Assembly (NCBI RefSeq): GCF_040938485.1
Contig: NW_027272205.1
Span: 62,001 to 126,000 of the forward strand
Direction of reading: 5' to 3'
Origin: Diadema antillarum
Lineage: Eukaryota
DNA: 64,000 nucleotides
Positions 28,001 through 39,366 of this stretch are shown piece by piece. Made by a program: the position numbers and the translations under genes. Below the pieces are notes generated by a model. It was not told where the DNA came from. It was given only the letters and a program-made list of their open reading frames with translations, and made no database searches. The first letter of the stretch is position 1; each line of letters starts with the position of its first letter.

Positions 28001-31000
28001 CTTGAGAGCTAGCGAATGTGCGCCATTATACAATTAGTATACTTCACATTTTGTTTTTCATATACAATTACACCAATGATAAGAAAGGTGAAAAAAAGAA
28101 TCAAAAAATGAAGAATGCACATCTAAATTTGGTTACTTTTTTATGCACACAGCTAAAGATATGTCCCAGTTATAAATCTTGGGCAGAATAGCACATCTGA
28201 AAACACTTTTCATTGCATCAAATTAACATTAACAATTCCACAGAAAATGTAACCTCAGAAAGGGAAAATAAAGTTAACCAATCAGTGGTATGACAAACTG
28301 GACATAAAGAGGAAGGAATATGTCTTGTGAGACAAGTTTAAAAACAATTTTTTTGATACATTGTTGTTGTTTTTTCAAGCGATGGAAACAAGAAGCACAT
28401 TGTACTCAGTAGACCATAAATATAATTACACAATGTATGCAGTTTAGCCCCAACATTCAAAATATTGTAAAGAGCAGTCGATTTTTCACATTCATAAAGC
28501 AGGTATTGGTATTGGCACCATCACAAGCATAATGATCAGAAGCAAAATATATTATTATTACTATCATCATCATTATTATTACTACTATATTATTATTATT
28601 ATTATCATTATCATTATTACTACATGTATTACCATCAATATTTTACAGAGATTTATGATCATGCATGAGAAATACCTCAAGTGTTGATACAGTCTCACAA
28701 CTCTTCCAATCATTTTAACACTTAATTTTCACCAAACCTTACACAAATATATCAGCACTTTATACAACCTACTTAAAGAAAGCTTAAAATTATAATCAGA
28801 GTTAGAGGGCAAGTCCACCTTCATATAGACCTACATGTGGACTGAGTGAATGCGCAGCAATAAGCCAGTCCGGAGATAGCTCATGTGCACATAGGTACAA
28901 CTGACCTTTCATTTTTCTCAGTTGGTTAGGCACTTCGCTCAATTCAAAGTGACATAATGCAGCAGCTTGCCCACCATAGCCATTTATGGAACTCATATTC
29001 AAACAAAGAATGAACCTAACCAGTGTAGATGAAGTGACCAGTATGGTTCGTCAATCAACACTTAGGGAATCATCTATTTTATTAAGTGCTGTTTTGAATA
29101 TGTTAACAAACTTTTTTTGTGTGTTAACATTGCCAAATACCAGGCTTGCTGTCAAGTGGATGTACTGGCAGGCACCATTTATAAGGATTCCATGAATAAT
29201 CCTAGCATTACAGATGCTTATCTCAGTGAAATTAAAAAACCAACCTGTCTCTCGGTACAAATAACCTTTTTCCGCACATGCTCAAACTGGTACCCCGAAC
29301 TGGCTTATACTATTAGAACACATCAGTAAAAAAAGTGAAAAGCGGACATTCAGTTCAAAAGTTAATAATCTTTAAATCATTTGTGCAGTCGCAGCAGAGT
29401 GAGAAGAGTTTATGATGTCACATGCGTAGAACAATTCAAGGAAAACCTAAAGAGAATTTCACTTTTTTTTTTCTTTCAGGTAAAACATGCACATTTCCTC
29501 AACAAGTCACTGACGTATGTAAGGGCAATGATAATACATGTAGTTTCTGCCTTCTTAAAGAGTGAAGTCCAGTGTTCTTTTATATGCAAAAAAAGTAGAT
29601 ATGATATGTTGAGTTTTCTCAGGTTTTGGAACAAACTCTATTTTTCAATCCTTATATACATAAAGGGTTTGTGAGAAAATCATGCTTCTGTCAAGTGTCA
29701 CAAAGCTACTCCACTTATGACATTGCATTGCCAGAGATTGCCCAAAATTGGCATACATTGTGTGGCTGTCTACTACAAAAAACAGCAGGCGACTTATTTT
29801 TTTTTGTTCCCTACTTAAACAATCAATTCAAAGTGTGCATGTGTTATTGAAGCACTGAGGCTATCGATGGTGAAGAAATATCTAATATATGAACAATACA
29901 AACTAACCCCATCTAGCATGAAATATAATGGAAAGCATAATTTGAGTATTTCATATCCATTAGCAGATTCATATTTTCATCCATAATCCACCCCCCCCCC
30001 CAAAAAAAAAGAAAAAAGATAAAAGTGAATAGAAGTCAAGTTCTCTTTAGGTTGTGTTTAAATTTGTAATTTGCCAGTTCGTTCTCTTGTATTTTTCTAT
30101 TATATATTTCTTTAGAGTATTCTTGTAAATATTCAAGCCCAGTGCAATCTAAGAAAGGGAATAACCTGACAACAGTTTAGAAGACAGAATAAATAGTTAT
30201 CGTTATCTATGAAATTAGACATTTTCACATATATTTTGCAAAAAAAAAATGCTAATCTTCATTTCATGGAGTGGCTTCATGCTCACCCTCGGCTAAAAAC
30301 AGGGAGGTGATTACTTTCTGGATTAAAATGGAAAGATGTTTCTAGAGCCGTGGTGTTTAGCAATTCTAATGGGGGGGGGGGATTCAATGTGACCCGTCTC
30401 AAATTTTATATGGTTTAAACATACATGACATAGCCTATGACATAGGAGTCTCATTATTATGCCTCTGCCCTGAATGGTACCGGAGGCATATGTTTTCAGG
30501 TTGCCTGTCTGTCTCCCGGTCTGTGCGGATGTATCTACGGAAAAATTGATGGGCTTTCATCAAACCTGGTTCAGGGATACTACATGATGCTGATGATCTT
30601 ATTGGCTTTTGGACTATATCTGCTAAAAGTCAAAGAAAATTTGAAAATAACGTTTTTGCTACTTTTCTAGTCAGGGAAATCGGTGTACTCGTGTGTACTG
30701 GTTGGTTGGCGCATTCAGTTGGGTACAGCAAGGTTTCATCCTCTGCTTTCACAGGAAAGCCGACTCCCAACTTCTTGTTCTCGTAGTCAAGGTATATCTG
30801 ATCCTCTGCTTCAGCAACCTGCAGCTTGGTCTTCATAGCTAATCTCATCTTACGCTGCATAAGTCGAAACTCCTCGAGCTCTAGTTTTTGATGCGTTTCT
30901 ATAGCACCTGCTTCAGCTGCCAAATAGTATGCCCTTCTGGCCATCACTCTCAGAAGGACTGGCATGGCTTCCACACTGACTCAACGAGGAACCAGGATTG

Positions 31001-32865
31001 ACATCCTGAACATCTTCTATCTCCAGCTCTGGCATCCTATATGGCTCACCAGTCTCTCGAGGTTGACCTGCATCACTCATCCTGAAGACCATTATTGAAC
31101 TTGATGCATAGTGAACTCGATGATGAATAATCACAGGTCCCTTTGGCCCAGTATGAGACCAAGCTAACACCATGCATCAGCATGGATCAGCAAGGCTCAA
31201 CCTGTAATTGAATAAAACAAAGTTCAACATACAATCAATATTGGAATATCTACCTGCTAAAGTATGGGATCAAGTAGTTGTACTTCTGAAGTGATTTACT
31301 GTTTACATACCTTGTTTGTGTGACTTATTTTATGTCATGTCTAGCACATGCAACTTCTCCAGTAGATATTATCTAAATTCACATATCGTGTATCATTGCT
31401 TATGCTCTGTGACTATGGCATTGCTAATTTATAACACACATTCTATTTTCATTGATAGACAACAAGGAGTCAAGGCCAACCTAAATTTTCTGACTTCAAT
31501 CTTCATACATGTCTTAAATTCTCCTAAATGAACCAGGAACGCTATTTTTCTTCATTAGGCACATCATACATGCCTACATCGTTCTTCGTGTCAACTTCAC
31601 AGAAACCAATATCCAACTGAGCCTCAACTCGGCTCAAACGTAATAATTCCTATTAACGAATATGATGCGACTATATCCGGTCACCTATTTACGTACGTAC
31701 CTTGGTAACTGCGTCCAGCAGCCCCATACGCATAGCGTAATTACGCTATGGCTATGCGTATGGGGCTGTTGGTCGTAGTTAGTACCTTGGTTGAGGCTTT
31801 CCGTATTACTGTGCACTTTCATTGACTTATTCGCTATGCTTTACTGTATGTACCTGATATGTATGATCGCACTTCTGACATGTTAGTACACATGTACCTC
31901 GATACAACTCTTTTCGCATCAGTTTTCACCACTCAGCATTCGATTAGCATAATTCACACATATCATCATCGATTACTGTGAAATATTTTCAACGGAATTA
32001 TAGTACAACTATCTACTCACAACGTTTGGCTCATCAAAAAGATTAATTCATCATCCCAACCTCACGGTCGTCTGTCCATTTCAAACGAGGAACGTCAGTA
32101 GTATGCACGTACGTACGTATACCGCGCGACCAACGGCGTGGCGTGCGCATGCGATTTTAGCTTTGCCATTGACCAAGTGTATGTGCTGAACGGTCCACGC
32201 GTGCACGCATAATACGTGTACTCTATGATAACGTCATTGAAATGATATTCTTGATCCCGGTGCGAGAAGAAAAAACAAATGTTTAATTCAAGTAGTATTT
32301 TTTTTAGTACAGTATTACTGATGACACTGTTACTCTTTAACAACGTGTAGTTATATTTTCAATTAAAAATATACGATAATATCCAAAAATAGTGTGGCAT
32401 TTCAAGCAAACACCATTCAACACCCACATGTCAGCTTTCGGGAAAGACTATGGAATGGTTCCAAATTCGAACCCTTAAGACTTGGCTCCCTTTAGGGTTC
32501 GGATTTGCACCCCTACACCCATCCCGAACCCTATAAGGTGCCTTTTAGTTAGATTTGCTCGTAGGGTGAAAATATGAACCCTAATAGAACCCTAATTTCT
32601 CTGTGTGTACTGTCTGGGGCTCTGTACAGGATAAAATAAGTAGCCTTGGTGTGTTGAATATCTCTGATAGGTACTTCTTCCAGTGCAAAAGAAATTACCC
32701 GTGTTTGGGGCTATACTGTCCGGGGCCCCGTACAGGATAAAATAACTGGCTTTGGTATAAATTTTGGATATCTCTGATGGGTACTACTTCCATTGCAAAA
32801 GAAATTAGCCGTGACCCTTTTCAGCTGAATGAAACCAGGGAGGTGACACCTCCCTGATGAAACTA

Positions 32866-32910
<45 letters not shown>

Positions 32911-33715
32911 GAGAGGGGGAGGGCACTTTGGGGCTACTGTCTAGGGCCCCGTACAGGATAAAATAACTGGCTTTGGTGCTTTGGATATCTCTGATGGGTA
33001 TTTTACTTCCATTGCACAAGAAATTAGCCGTGACCCTTTTTGGCTGAATGAAACTAATGTATGTGTGTGTGTGTGGGGGGGGGGGGGTGCACTTTGGGGC
33101 TGCTGTCTGGGACCCCGTACAGGATAAAATAACTGGCTTTAGTGTTTTGGATATCTCTGATGAATATGCCTACTATTTCCAATTGCAAAAAAAAAGTAGC
33201 CATGACCCTTTTCAGCTGAATAAAATCAATGTGTGTGTGTGTGTGGGGGGGGGGAGGGAGCAATTTGGGGCTACTGACTGGGGCCCCGTGCAGGATAAAA
33301 TAGCTGGCTTTGGTATTTTGGATATCTCTGATAGGTATATACTACTTCCATTGCAAAAGAAATTAGCCGTGACCCTTTTCAGCTGAATGAAACTAATGTG
33401 TGTGTGTTGGGGGGGGGGGGGCACTTTTGGGCTACTGTCTGGGGCCCCGTACAGGACAAAATAGCTGGATTTGGTGTTTTGGATATCTCTGATGAGTACT
33501 ACTTAAATTGCAAAAGAAATTAGCCGTGACCTTTTCATCTGAATGAAATCAGTGTGTGTGTGGGGGGGGGGGGGGGGAGGGGGCATTTTGGGCTACTGTC
33601 TGGGGCCCCGTGCAGGATATCAAATAACTGGCTTTGGTATTTTGGATATCTCTGATGGGTACTACTTCCATTGCAAAAGAAATTAGCCGTGACCCTTTTT
33701 AGCTGAATGAAACTA

Positions 33716-33747
<32 letters not shown>

Positions 33748-35551
33748 CGGGGTGGGGGGGGGGGAGCTCCTTTGGGGCTACTGTCCAGGGCCCCGTACTG
33801 ATATCTCTGATGGGTACTCCTTCCATTGTAAATGAAATTAGCCGTGACTCTTCTCAACTGCACGAATAAAATCAATGTTTGTGTGTGTTTGTGATACGTA
33901 TGGCCTATGGGGTGGGGCACTTTGGGGCTACTGTCTGGGGCCCCGTACAGGATAAAATAGCTGGTATTGGTGTTTTGGATATCTCTGATGGGAACTACTT
34001 CAATTGCAAAAGAAATTAGCCGTGACTCTTTTCAACTGAATAAAATCAACGTTTGTGTGTGTTTGTACGTAGGCCTATGGAGGGTGGGGCCCTTTGGGGC
34101 TACTGTCTGGGGCCCCGTACAGGATAAAATAGCTGGCATTGGTGTTTTGGATATCTCTGATGGGAACTACTTCCATTGCAAAAGAAATTAGTCGTGACCC
34201 TTTTCAGCTGAATAACACCATATTTGTGGGGCCCTTTGGGGCTACTGTCTGGGGCCCCGTACAGGATAAAATAGCTGGCATTGCTGTTTTCATGATAAGT
34301 ACACCCAAAGGAACAATATCCACCAACTTTTGTCCGTGACCCCCTTCGGCTGAATAAATCGATTTTTCGGGGTCCCTTTTTGTGGTCCCTAGGCTTACGG
34401 TACAGGATGTGACTTGCCAGCAATTCATTTTATTGACCCTTGAACACATCCTTATACGATGAGACCATTAAAAAGTGTGACCCTTTTCAGCTGAATAAAT
34501 GCTCTGGGCCCCCGGTCTATAATACTGGATTTGTTAACTTTACAAGCTCATGTGGTACAGTTTGAATTGGTAATACTGAAATTGGTTCACACCGTCATCT
34601 CTCTCTTTTTATTCTCATCATCATTTCCTACGCGATAATTCCATGTTTTATTGACATATTATTTCAGTGACAAGACAAATCTTACTTGCAATCCTACCAT
34701 GTTTTGAGAGTGACATGAGTGATGTGTCAACAGACTGAACGGCAGATAACCGTCTAACGTTCTCATTGTTTTTTGTTTTCTTTATCGAAGTTAGAAATGC
34801 CCTTGTGATCGTTTGCTATGCAGTATACACTACATACTTCTTTATATACCTCATGGTCTCTAGATAACTGTTGCGCTGCTTATCTCCATGGCTATGATAC
34901 TTTCCTAGTAACAACTTAAAAGTCACTGCTGGCAAGCAGGGATGGCATGGTGGTAGTGTCGCTGCCCGGAAAGCGGTATATGACCGGTTCGAATCCCGCT
35001 GGTTGTTCCCTCTTTCCGACATGTCTGTTAAATCATCAGCAGGTGCGATCTTGCAATATACATTTTGTACAGAGATAAGTAAAAAATTCTTTCATGGCAC
35101 AACTAAATTAAAGATGTCCACATGACCTGCATAATGTGTAGAGTCTTATCTCGCATCCTGTTTGCATAATAAGGACGCTACAGGTGCTTTCGAAAACATG
35201 ATGTCAAAATGTTACTATCATTCTTATTCATTTCCCAATCTTTATTACTTCACTTTAGTCAAAATACTTACAAGCATTCAGCAGTAGTGTGTATCTTAAG
35301 TTGAGCAGAGTCGTATTTGCAAAATGTTCGTACTCTGAGTGTCTCTGATTGCTGTACATCCATCCTATATATTGCCAATGATTTTGACCATTCATCCAGC
35401 GGGGTTTTTCCTTTCTTTCTTTCTCTTCATGTATGGAATCAGGATACTTGCTGCATATAGAAAGCCAGATGCTTCAACCGATGACGTCGTTCTCGATGTC
35501 GTTTTCCCTCTCGTCATACTGCTCGGGAGTAAAGCTGTTTCGAAACAATGA
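17252..35551 (+). CDS. Class I SAM-dependent methyltransferase, paralogue 2, 6 coding exons, 277 aa; intron 5 is 14.2 kb
   Basis: Exons 17252-17365, 18198-18358, 18933-19149, 19918-20015, 21099-21233, 35443-35551. Introns are GT-AG with the same phases as paralogue 1, and the four internal exons have the same lengths (161/217/98/135). Motifs KYRPTWP, VDVGCGSGQ, AEKLPLEDDSVDLLT, AHW, RVLKPRGCLA. The last exon ILAAYRKPDASTDDVVLDVVFPLVILLGSK aligns with VLAAYGTPDASPDEVELDIVYPFILLMGRK of paralogue 1. Confidence 0.88.
20214..20405. mobile_element. MITE-like element with internal telomere-like TTAGGG repeats
   Basis: Perfect 16 bp IR AGGGCAATTACCCCTG (20214-29) / CAGGGGTAATTGCCCT (20390-405) around degenerate TTAGGG/TTAGG repeats (about 20280-20360). 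Confidence 0.65.
22054..22088. repeat. (TA)n microsatellite
   Basis: Direct reading. Confidence 0.95.
22430..24110 (+). repeat. Tandem array of ~165-175 bp units (left arm), about 9-10 copies
   Basis: Unit CAGCTGAAAAGGGTCACGGCTAATTTCTTTTGCAATGGAAGTAGT...GATATCCAAAACACCAAAGCCAG...GGGGCCCCAGACAGTAGCCCCAAA followed by variable C-run/(CA)n spacers. Confidence 0.95.
30458..30660 (+). mobile_element. 5' fragment of a DINE/HINE-like element
   Basis: TATGCCTCTGCC...CGGAGGCATATGTTTTCAGGTTGCCTGTCTGTC matches the 5' layout of the 502-3537 element. Confidence 0.55.
30630..31173 (-). pseudogene. Frameshifted BEL/Pao-type LTR-retrotransposon gag N-terminal fragment (putative)
   Basis: Two overlapping ORFs (30913-31173, 30630-30974) give EDVQDVNPGSSLSQCGSHAS followed by ARRAYYLAAEAGAIETHQKLELEEFRLMQRKMRLAMKTKLQVAEAEDQIY. 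This resembles the P-x-DS-V-SQ motif plus coiled coil of BEL/Pao Gag-upstream regions, from memory. Confidence 0.5.
31706..31781. mobile_element. 76 bp hairpin mini-element with 9 bp target duplication (Mutator-like)
   Basis: TAACTGCGTCCAGCAGCCCCATACGCATAGC ... GCTATGCGTATGGGGCTGTTGGTCGTAGTTA (3 mismatches), flanked by GTACCTTGG at 31697-705 and 31782-790. Confidence 0.8.
32608..34260 (-). repeat. Inverted copy of the ~170 bp unit array (right arm), about 10 copies
   Basis: Reverse complement of the left-arm units. Degenerate units in the same orientation also occur at about 24820-24930 and 26090-26520. Confidence 0.95.
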
Positions 35552-38500
35552 AAGTCCTCCCAATGTCTTTTCAACACAGAAGACCAAGGGGAAATGTATT
35601 GTGAAATGTTTTGATAATTCCCGTCCCCATTATCTAAGCGGCCACAATATAGGCCTATAATGTGTGCAAGCATAAGAACTGCATTTTATTAGGTGGATTT
35701 TCATGGTGAATGTAAATGACATATTAACATATGCCTACATTGTTATGTGGTTTATTAAAAAAGTGCCGAATATCATCAAGCGTTGCGAAAAAGCAAAACG
35801 GGTGAGAAAAAGTGACATTTCAGCGATGGAATTGGTCAGCGTATATTACCAGATTACGAAGCATGGTGTAAAGAGATTGCATATATAGAGTGTCCACCTG
35901 CGATTAGGACTTCAGCGATGCGAACAACAAAAGTAGATAACAAGCTCTTACAGTATGTCCATTATGACTAAAAAGAGATACAAACAACACGCCCCCTTTT
36001 TAAAAGCGTACGGTGTATGTACCCTTTACAAGCTACACTGTATATAGAATAAGTTAGGTCCGCTGGTATAAGCCAAGATCCTCCAGGTGTTGGTATCTGA
36101 ATGTATAGCGAAATATCTCACAAAGCACACCGTGTATACAAGGAATCATGTGTAGAAAAGATAGCTGTCATCTGCTGGCAGTGGAAGTAAAATCAAAGAA
36201 GGCACATGCCACTCTCCAAATGTCTCAGATAGCTATGCACTCACGAACATACTTTTGTATAGGGAGATGAATGACTTATAAATTGTATTTAAGAATTTAA
36301 GTGCAATTACAATAGTTAATTTTCTGTGCAAAAGTTGCACGAGCACATGTATTGGAAATGGTCAAGATCTCCCTAAAAAAGCCAAGTGTGTAATTTAATA
36401 GTCAATAATATTGGATGTTTACTAAATTATTTTAGTTATAATGTTATTAAATGATATTTCAAGAATTTCTTTCTTATGCCCGCAAACTTTCACACATTCC
36501 ATTGGCTAAACTTGATTGTATTTGCTGTTTTCATTGAAAGATTTGATTTTTTTCTTTGTTGTTGTGTGTGTTTTTTTTTCGGGCCACCAAGTTTCATTTT
36601 CAGGCCACCCCCTAAAAATGAGATCTAACAAATTTGGTGGCCAATGGGACCACCACATGTCAGACCTATAATGACCTTCTGAACAATTCATATGATTACA
36701 ATACAAGCTAGCAGCTTCAGAAGAACTAAGTTAAGATGTTGTTAATGTATACCTGTGATACATTATTAATTTCCATTGAAGCCCTATTCATTTCCAGCCT
36801 AACCGCTCGAGATAACGGTCTCCTGCGCTAATTTTTTTTTTCCATTTAATAAAGATCTAATAGAATATCTACTACACTCTCATCTTACATAACATGTTTT
36901 CATGTACACAATTCTATTGTCAATGTAACTCTACTTATGTAATACTTTGATAGAATATCAATCAATTTATCGTTGTTTTTTATTTTTGGAATTTGTGCTA
37001 AATTTGTATTTGCTTGTAAATGCAGAAATAAAGCTAACCACAACCACAGCAAAACGTCCAGCTTTCATGCGCATAATTATAATCATGTATTTTTTATTTT
37101 GGTCGATGATTTTTCTCATTCTTTAACAATTTAGAATTATATTTGGGATATAGATACATTGAAACATATAGTGCCATATAGATACATTCAGAATTTCCTG
37201 TAAAAAAATGATTATTCACCTATTATTATTCTGATAAAAGAGGGTTGCTAATTATTCCAAAAAAAAAAATCAAATGGCATGATCGAAGGTCGAACCGGGT
37301 CTATGCTGATTTATAAGTCTATATAGAGAATAGGAATGTCTGGCGATCAATCATTGGCAGTGCTACCATTGTAGAAGAATCGAAAATAAGTGAGTTATAG
37401 TATAACAAACATGTAAACTCCATGCACAATAAATGTTTGTGGAAAGTTTGCCATATTCAGCGCACGTTACACTTGCGTACACAACTGCTGTATTGTGGCC
37501 AACCGTATTCCGCTTTTGTTTCCTCTCAAAGTTTTATTTATACTTGAAACATCGCGGTATGAGTTTTGAGTACAGTAAAATAAGGATATTCAGAAGACAA
37601 AATGTGACAAGAACGATAGACAACGGTGTACTGGTAGGGCCTATGCCCCCTTCGTTCCTGCCAGCTGACGTTTGTGCTTGATATCGCGATCGTCCTTTCG
37701 ATAATTCTATGATTGCGATCCTCGGGCTTCCGTCAATATGTAACAAAATACATGTATATTATCTATACACGTAGTCCTCTTCATGGCCTCTGGTATGATG
37801 CAGTGTAGCAAACACGGATATCGCCTATACAGCTGCAACCGCTGACTGAGATCGGCAACGGTTATTTCTACAATAACAGAATGATTCATGTCTGACAACA
37901 AAATGACCAAAATGATTAGGTCAACCTGTGTGCACGAATAAGTTTACTCACAATTTTTGAATTACATTATTTTTACTGCGTACATAGGCCTGGCCTAATT
38001 ATAATGTAGCCTATGTTGCATGATCACTGTCAAACGTTCTGCAAGATATCTAATATCGTTCGATCAATATCATCTCCATAGTGTGTATATGCCTTGTAGT
38101 ACAAGTGTATATAGTGACCATGGGTTAGTCCTGACGAGTTTTCGACTGGTGACGGTGCACCCAAAGATCAATCTGTATTTCATCGGGAATACGACTGGAT
38201 CACGGAATCATCAATCAAGGAGCTTCAAACCAACACAAGCTCCTTGACGGAATCCTTCTCGAGAACAGTCACAGTAACGTCAGTATATACAAAGAAAAAG
38301 AGATAGATATAAAACTCCTCAGAAAAGACGTTTTTTTTTAAAACCCGAGAACAGACCGTACCAGTCATGCCAGTAGCTAACGATCATGAGTTGGCTGTCA
38401 TGTGAAAATACAGAAACCGCCAGTACAGTCATTATCATCAATTATTTAGGGCCTTATTATATTTTCACTACATAATATCCAAAGGCAAGGGCAAGGGTAA

Positions 38501-38787
38501 GCTCTGTCAGGGAGGCACCTCTAACATAAGCAGATGTCCTATGCTACATGTACATGTATAACTACGTAGTACCACGATGGTCATAGGGACACATATTATC
38601 ATCCTTATGCAGCGTCAAGAAATACCACACAGCATGACACGGGTAGAGTGGGCTTTGTTCTATCCAGGAAGTGATATAAATTCGCCGCCGCTCAAAGGGC
38701 GAATCAGCGGTGCGCATCGAATAAATATCGACCAATGGAAATTTGGCGACGAACAATGCGCCCGCAGAGTCCGATAAAATCATAAAT

Positions 38788-38872
38788 ATGCAAATTTAAC
38801 TGAACGCTGGGTGGCAGCGGAGTCTAATTTACATATACCGCCAATTCCAAACTCGGGCGCTGCCTTATAAAT
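38788..38872 (+). promoter_or_regulatory. H2B promoter: octamer, CCAAT, TATA
   Basis: ATGCAAAT 38788-95, CCAAT near 38841-45, TATAAAT near 38866-72, ATG at 38929. Confidence 0.75.
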
Positions 38873-38928
38873 ATCCGCGGCAACCAGTTGGCAGCACAGA
38901 TTCGTTTCTGACTGCAAAGTGAACAATC

Positions 38929-39300
38929 ATGCCACCCAAAGCGCAAGCTGCTGGAAAGAAGGGCTCCAAGAAGGCCAAGGCCCCCAGGCCTAGCGGAGAC
39001 AAGAAGAGACGCAGGAGGCGAAAGGAAAGCTACGGCATCTACATCTACAAGGTGCTGAAGCAGGTCCACCCCGACACTGGTATCTCTAGCCGTGCCATGT
39101 CCATCATGAACAGCTTCGTCAACGATGTCTTCGAGCGCATCGCTGCCGAGGCTTCCCGCCTTGCCCACTACAACAAGAAGTCGACCATCACTAGCCGTGA
39201 GGTCCAGACTGCTGTCCGCCTCCTCCTCCCCGGTGAGCTGGCCAAGCACGCTGTGTCCGAGGGCACCAAGGCCGTCACCAAGTACACCACCTCCAAGTAA
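38929..39300 (+). CDS. H2B: Histone H2B, late/somatic type, 123 aa, intronless
   Basis: [54 protein letters not shown]...AVTKYTTSK: complete histone fold and a tail like sea urchin late H2B. Confidence 0.99.
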   Translation: MPPKAQAAGKKGSKKAKAPRPSGDKKRRRRRKESYGIYIYKVLKQVHPDTGISSRAMSIMNSFVNDVFERIAAEASRLAHYNKKSTITSREVQTAVRLLLPGELAKHAVSEGTKAVTKYTTSK

Positions 39301-39331
39301 ATTGACTTCTGTCGATTTCTTGGATACCAAC

Positions 39332-39366
39332 GGCTCTTTTTAGAGCCACCACATATTCCAGAAAGA
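39332..39366 (+). terminator. Histone 3' stem-loop and purine-rich downstream (U7) element
   Basis: GGCTCT-TTTT-AGAGCC (39332-47), then ACCACA, then CCAGAAAGA (39358-66), close to the sea urchin CAAGAAAGA consensus. Confidence 0.95.

Larger units (their letters stand above)
26521..32607. mobile_element. 6.1 kb nested DNA transposon with CACAC termini and TA duplication (CMC/EnSpm-like)
   Basis: TIR CACACAGAGAAATTACGGTTCTA versus right-end reverse complement CACACAGAGAAATTAGGGTTCTA (22/23). TA at 26519-20 and 32608-09. Removing the element restores an outer-element unit (..GGAGC-TA-CTGTCTGGGGC..). Subterminal GCACCC/GAACCC motifs, and three 136-174 bp repeats starting at 26563, 26699 and 26873. 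Confidence 0.85.
22195..34519. mobile_element. 12.3 kb long-TIR (foldback) DNA transposon, non-autonomous; Academ-like or PIF/Harbinger-like
   Basis: Ends TAGACCGGGGGCCCAGAGC... / ...GCTCTGGGCCCCCGGTCTA. TAA immediately outside both ends (22192-94, 34520-22). I counted about 6 mismatches in the first 145 bp of the arms. The inverted arms extend about 1.9 kb. No transposase ORF was found. Confidence 0.85.

Noticed and set aside
28802-29260. Minus-strand peptide WFFNFTEISICNARIIH reminiscent of the piggyBac transposase C-terminal motif
   Set aside because: One short motif with no catalytic DDD region or intact Cys-rich tail; needs a profile search.
38120-38306. Start-less open frame WVSPDEF...REYDWITESSIKELQ...KKKR
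   Set aside because: No start codon, no convincing splice sites, and no recognisable homology.
38824-39330. Long antisense ORFs over H2B (and 43608-44177 over H2A, 55788-56116 over ETFA)
   Set aside because: Shadow frames caused by GC3-rich codon bias of the sense genes.
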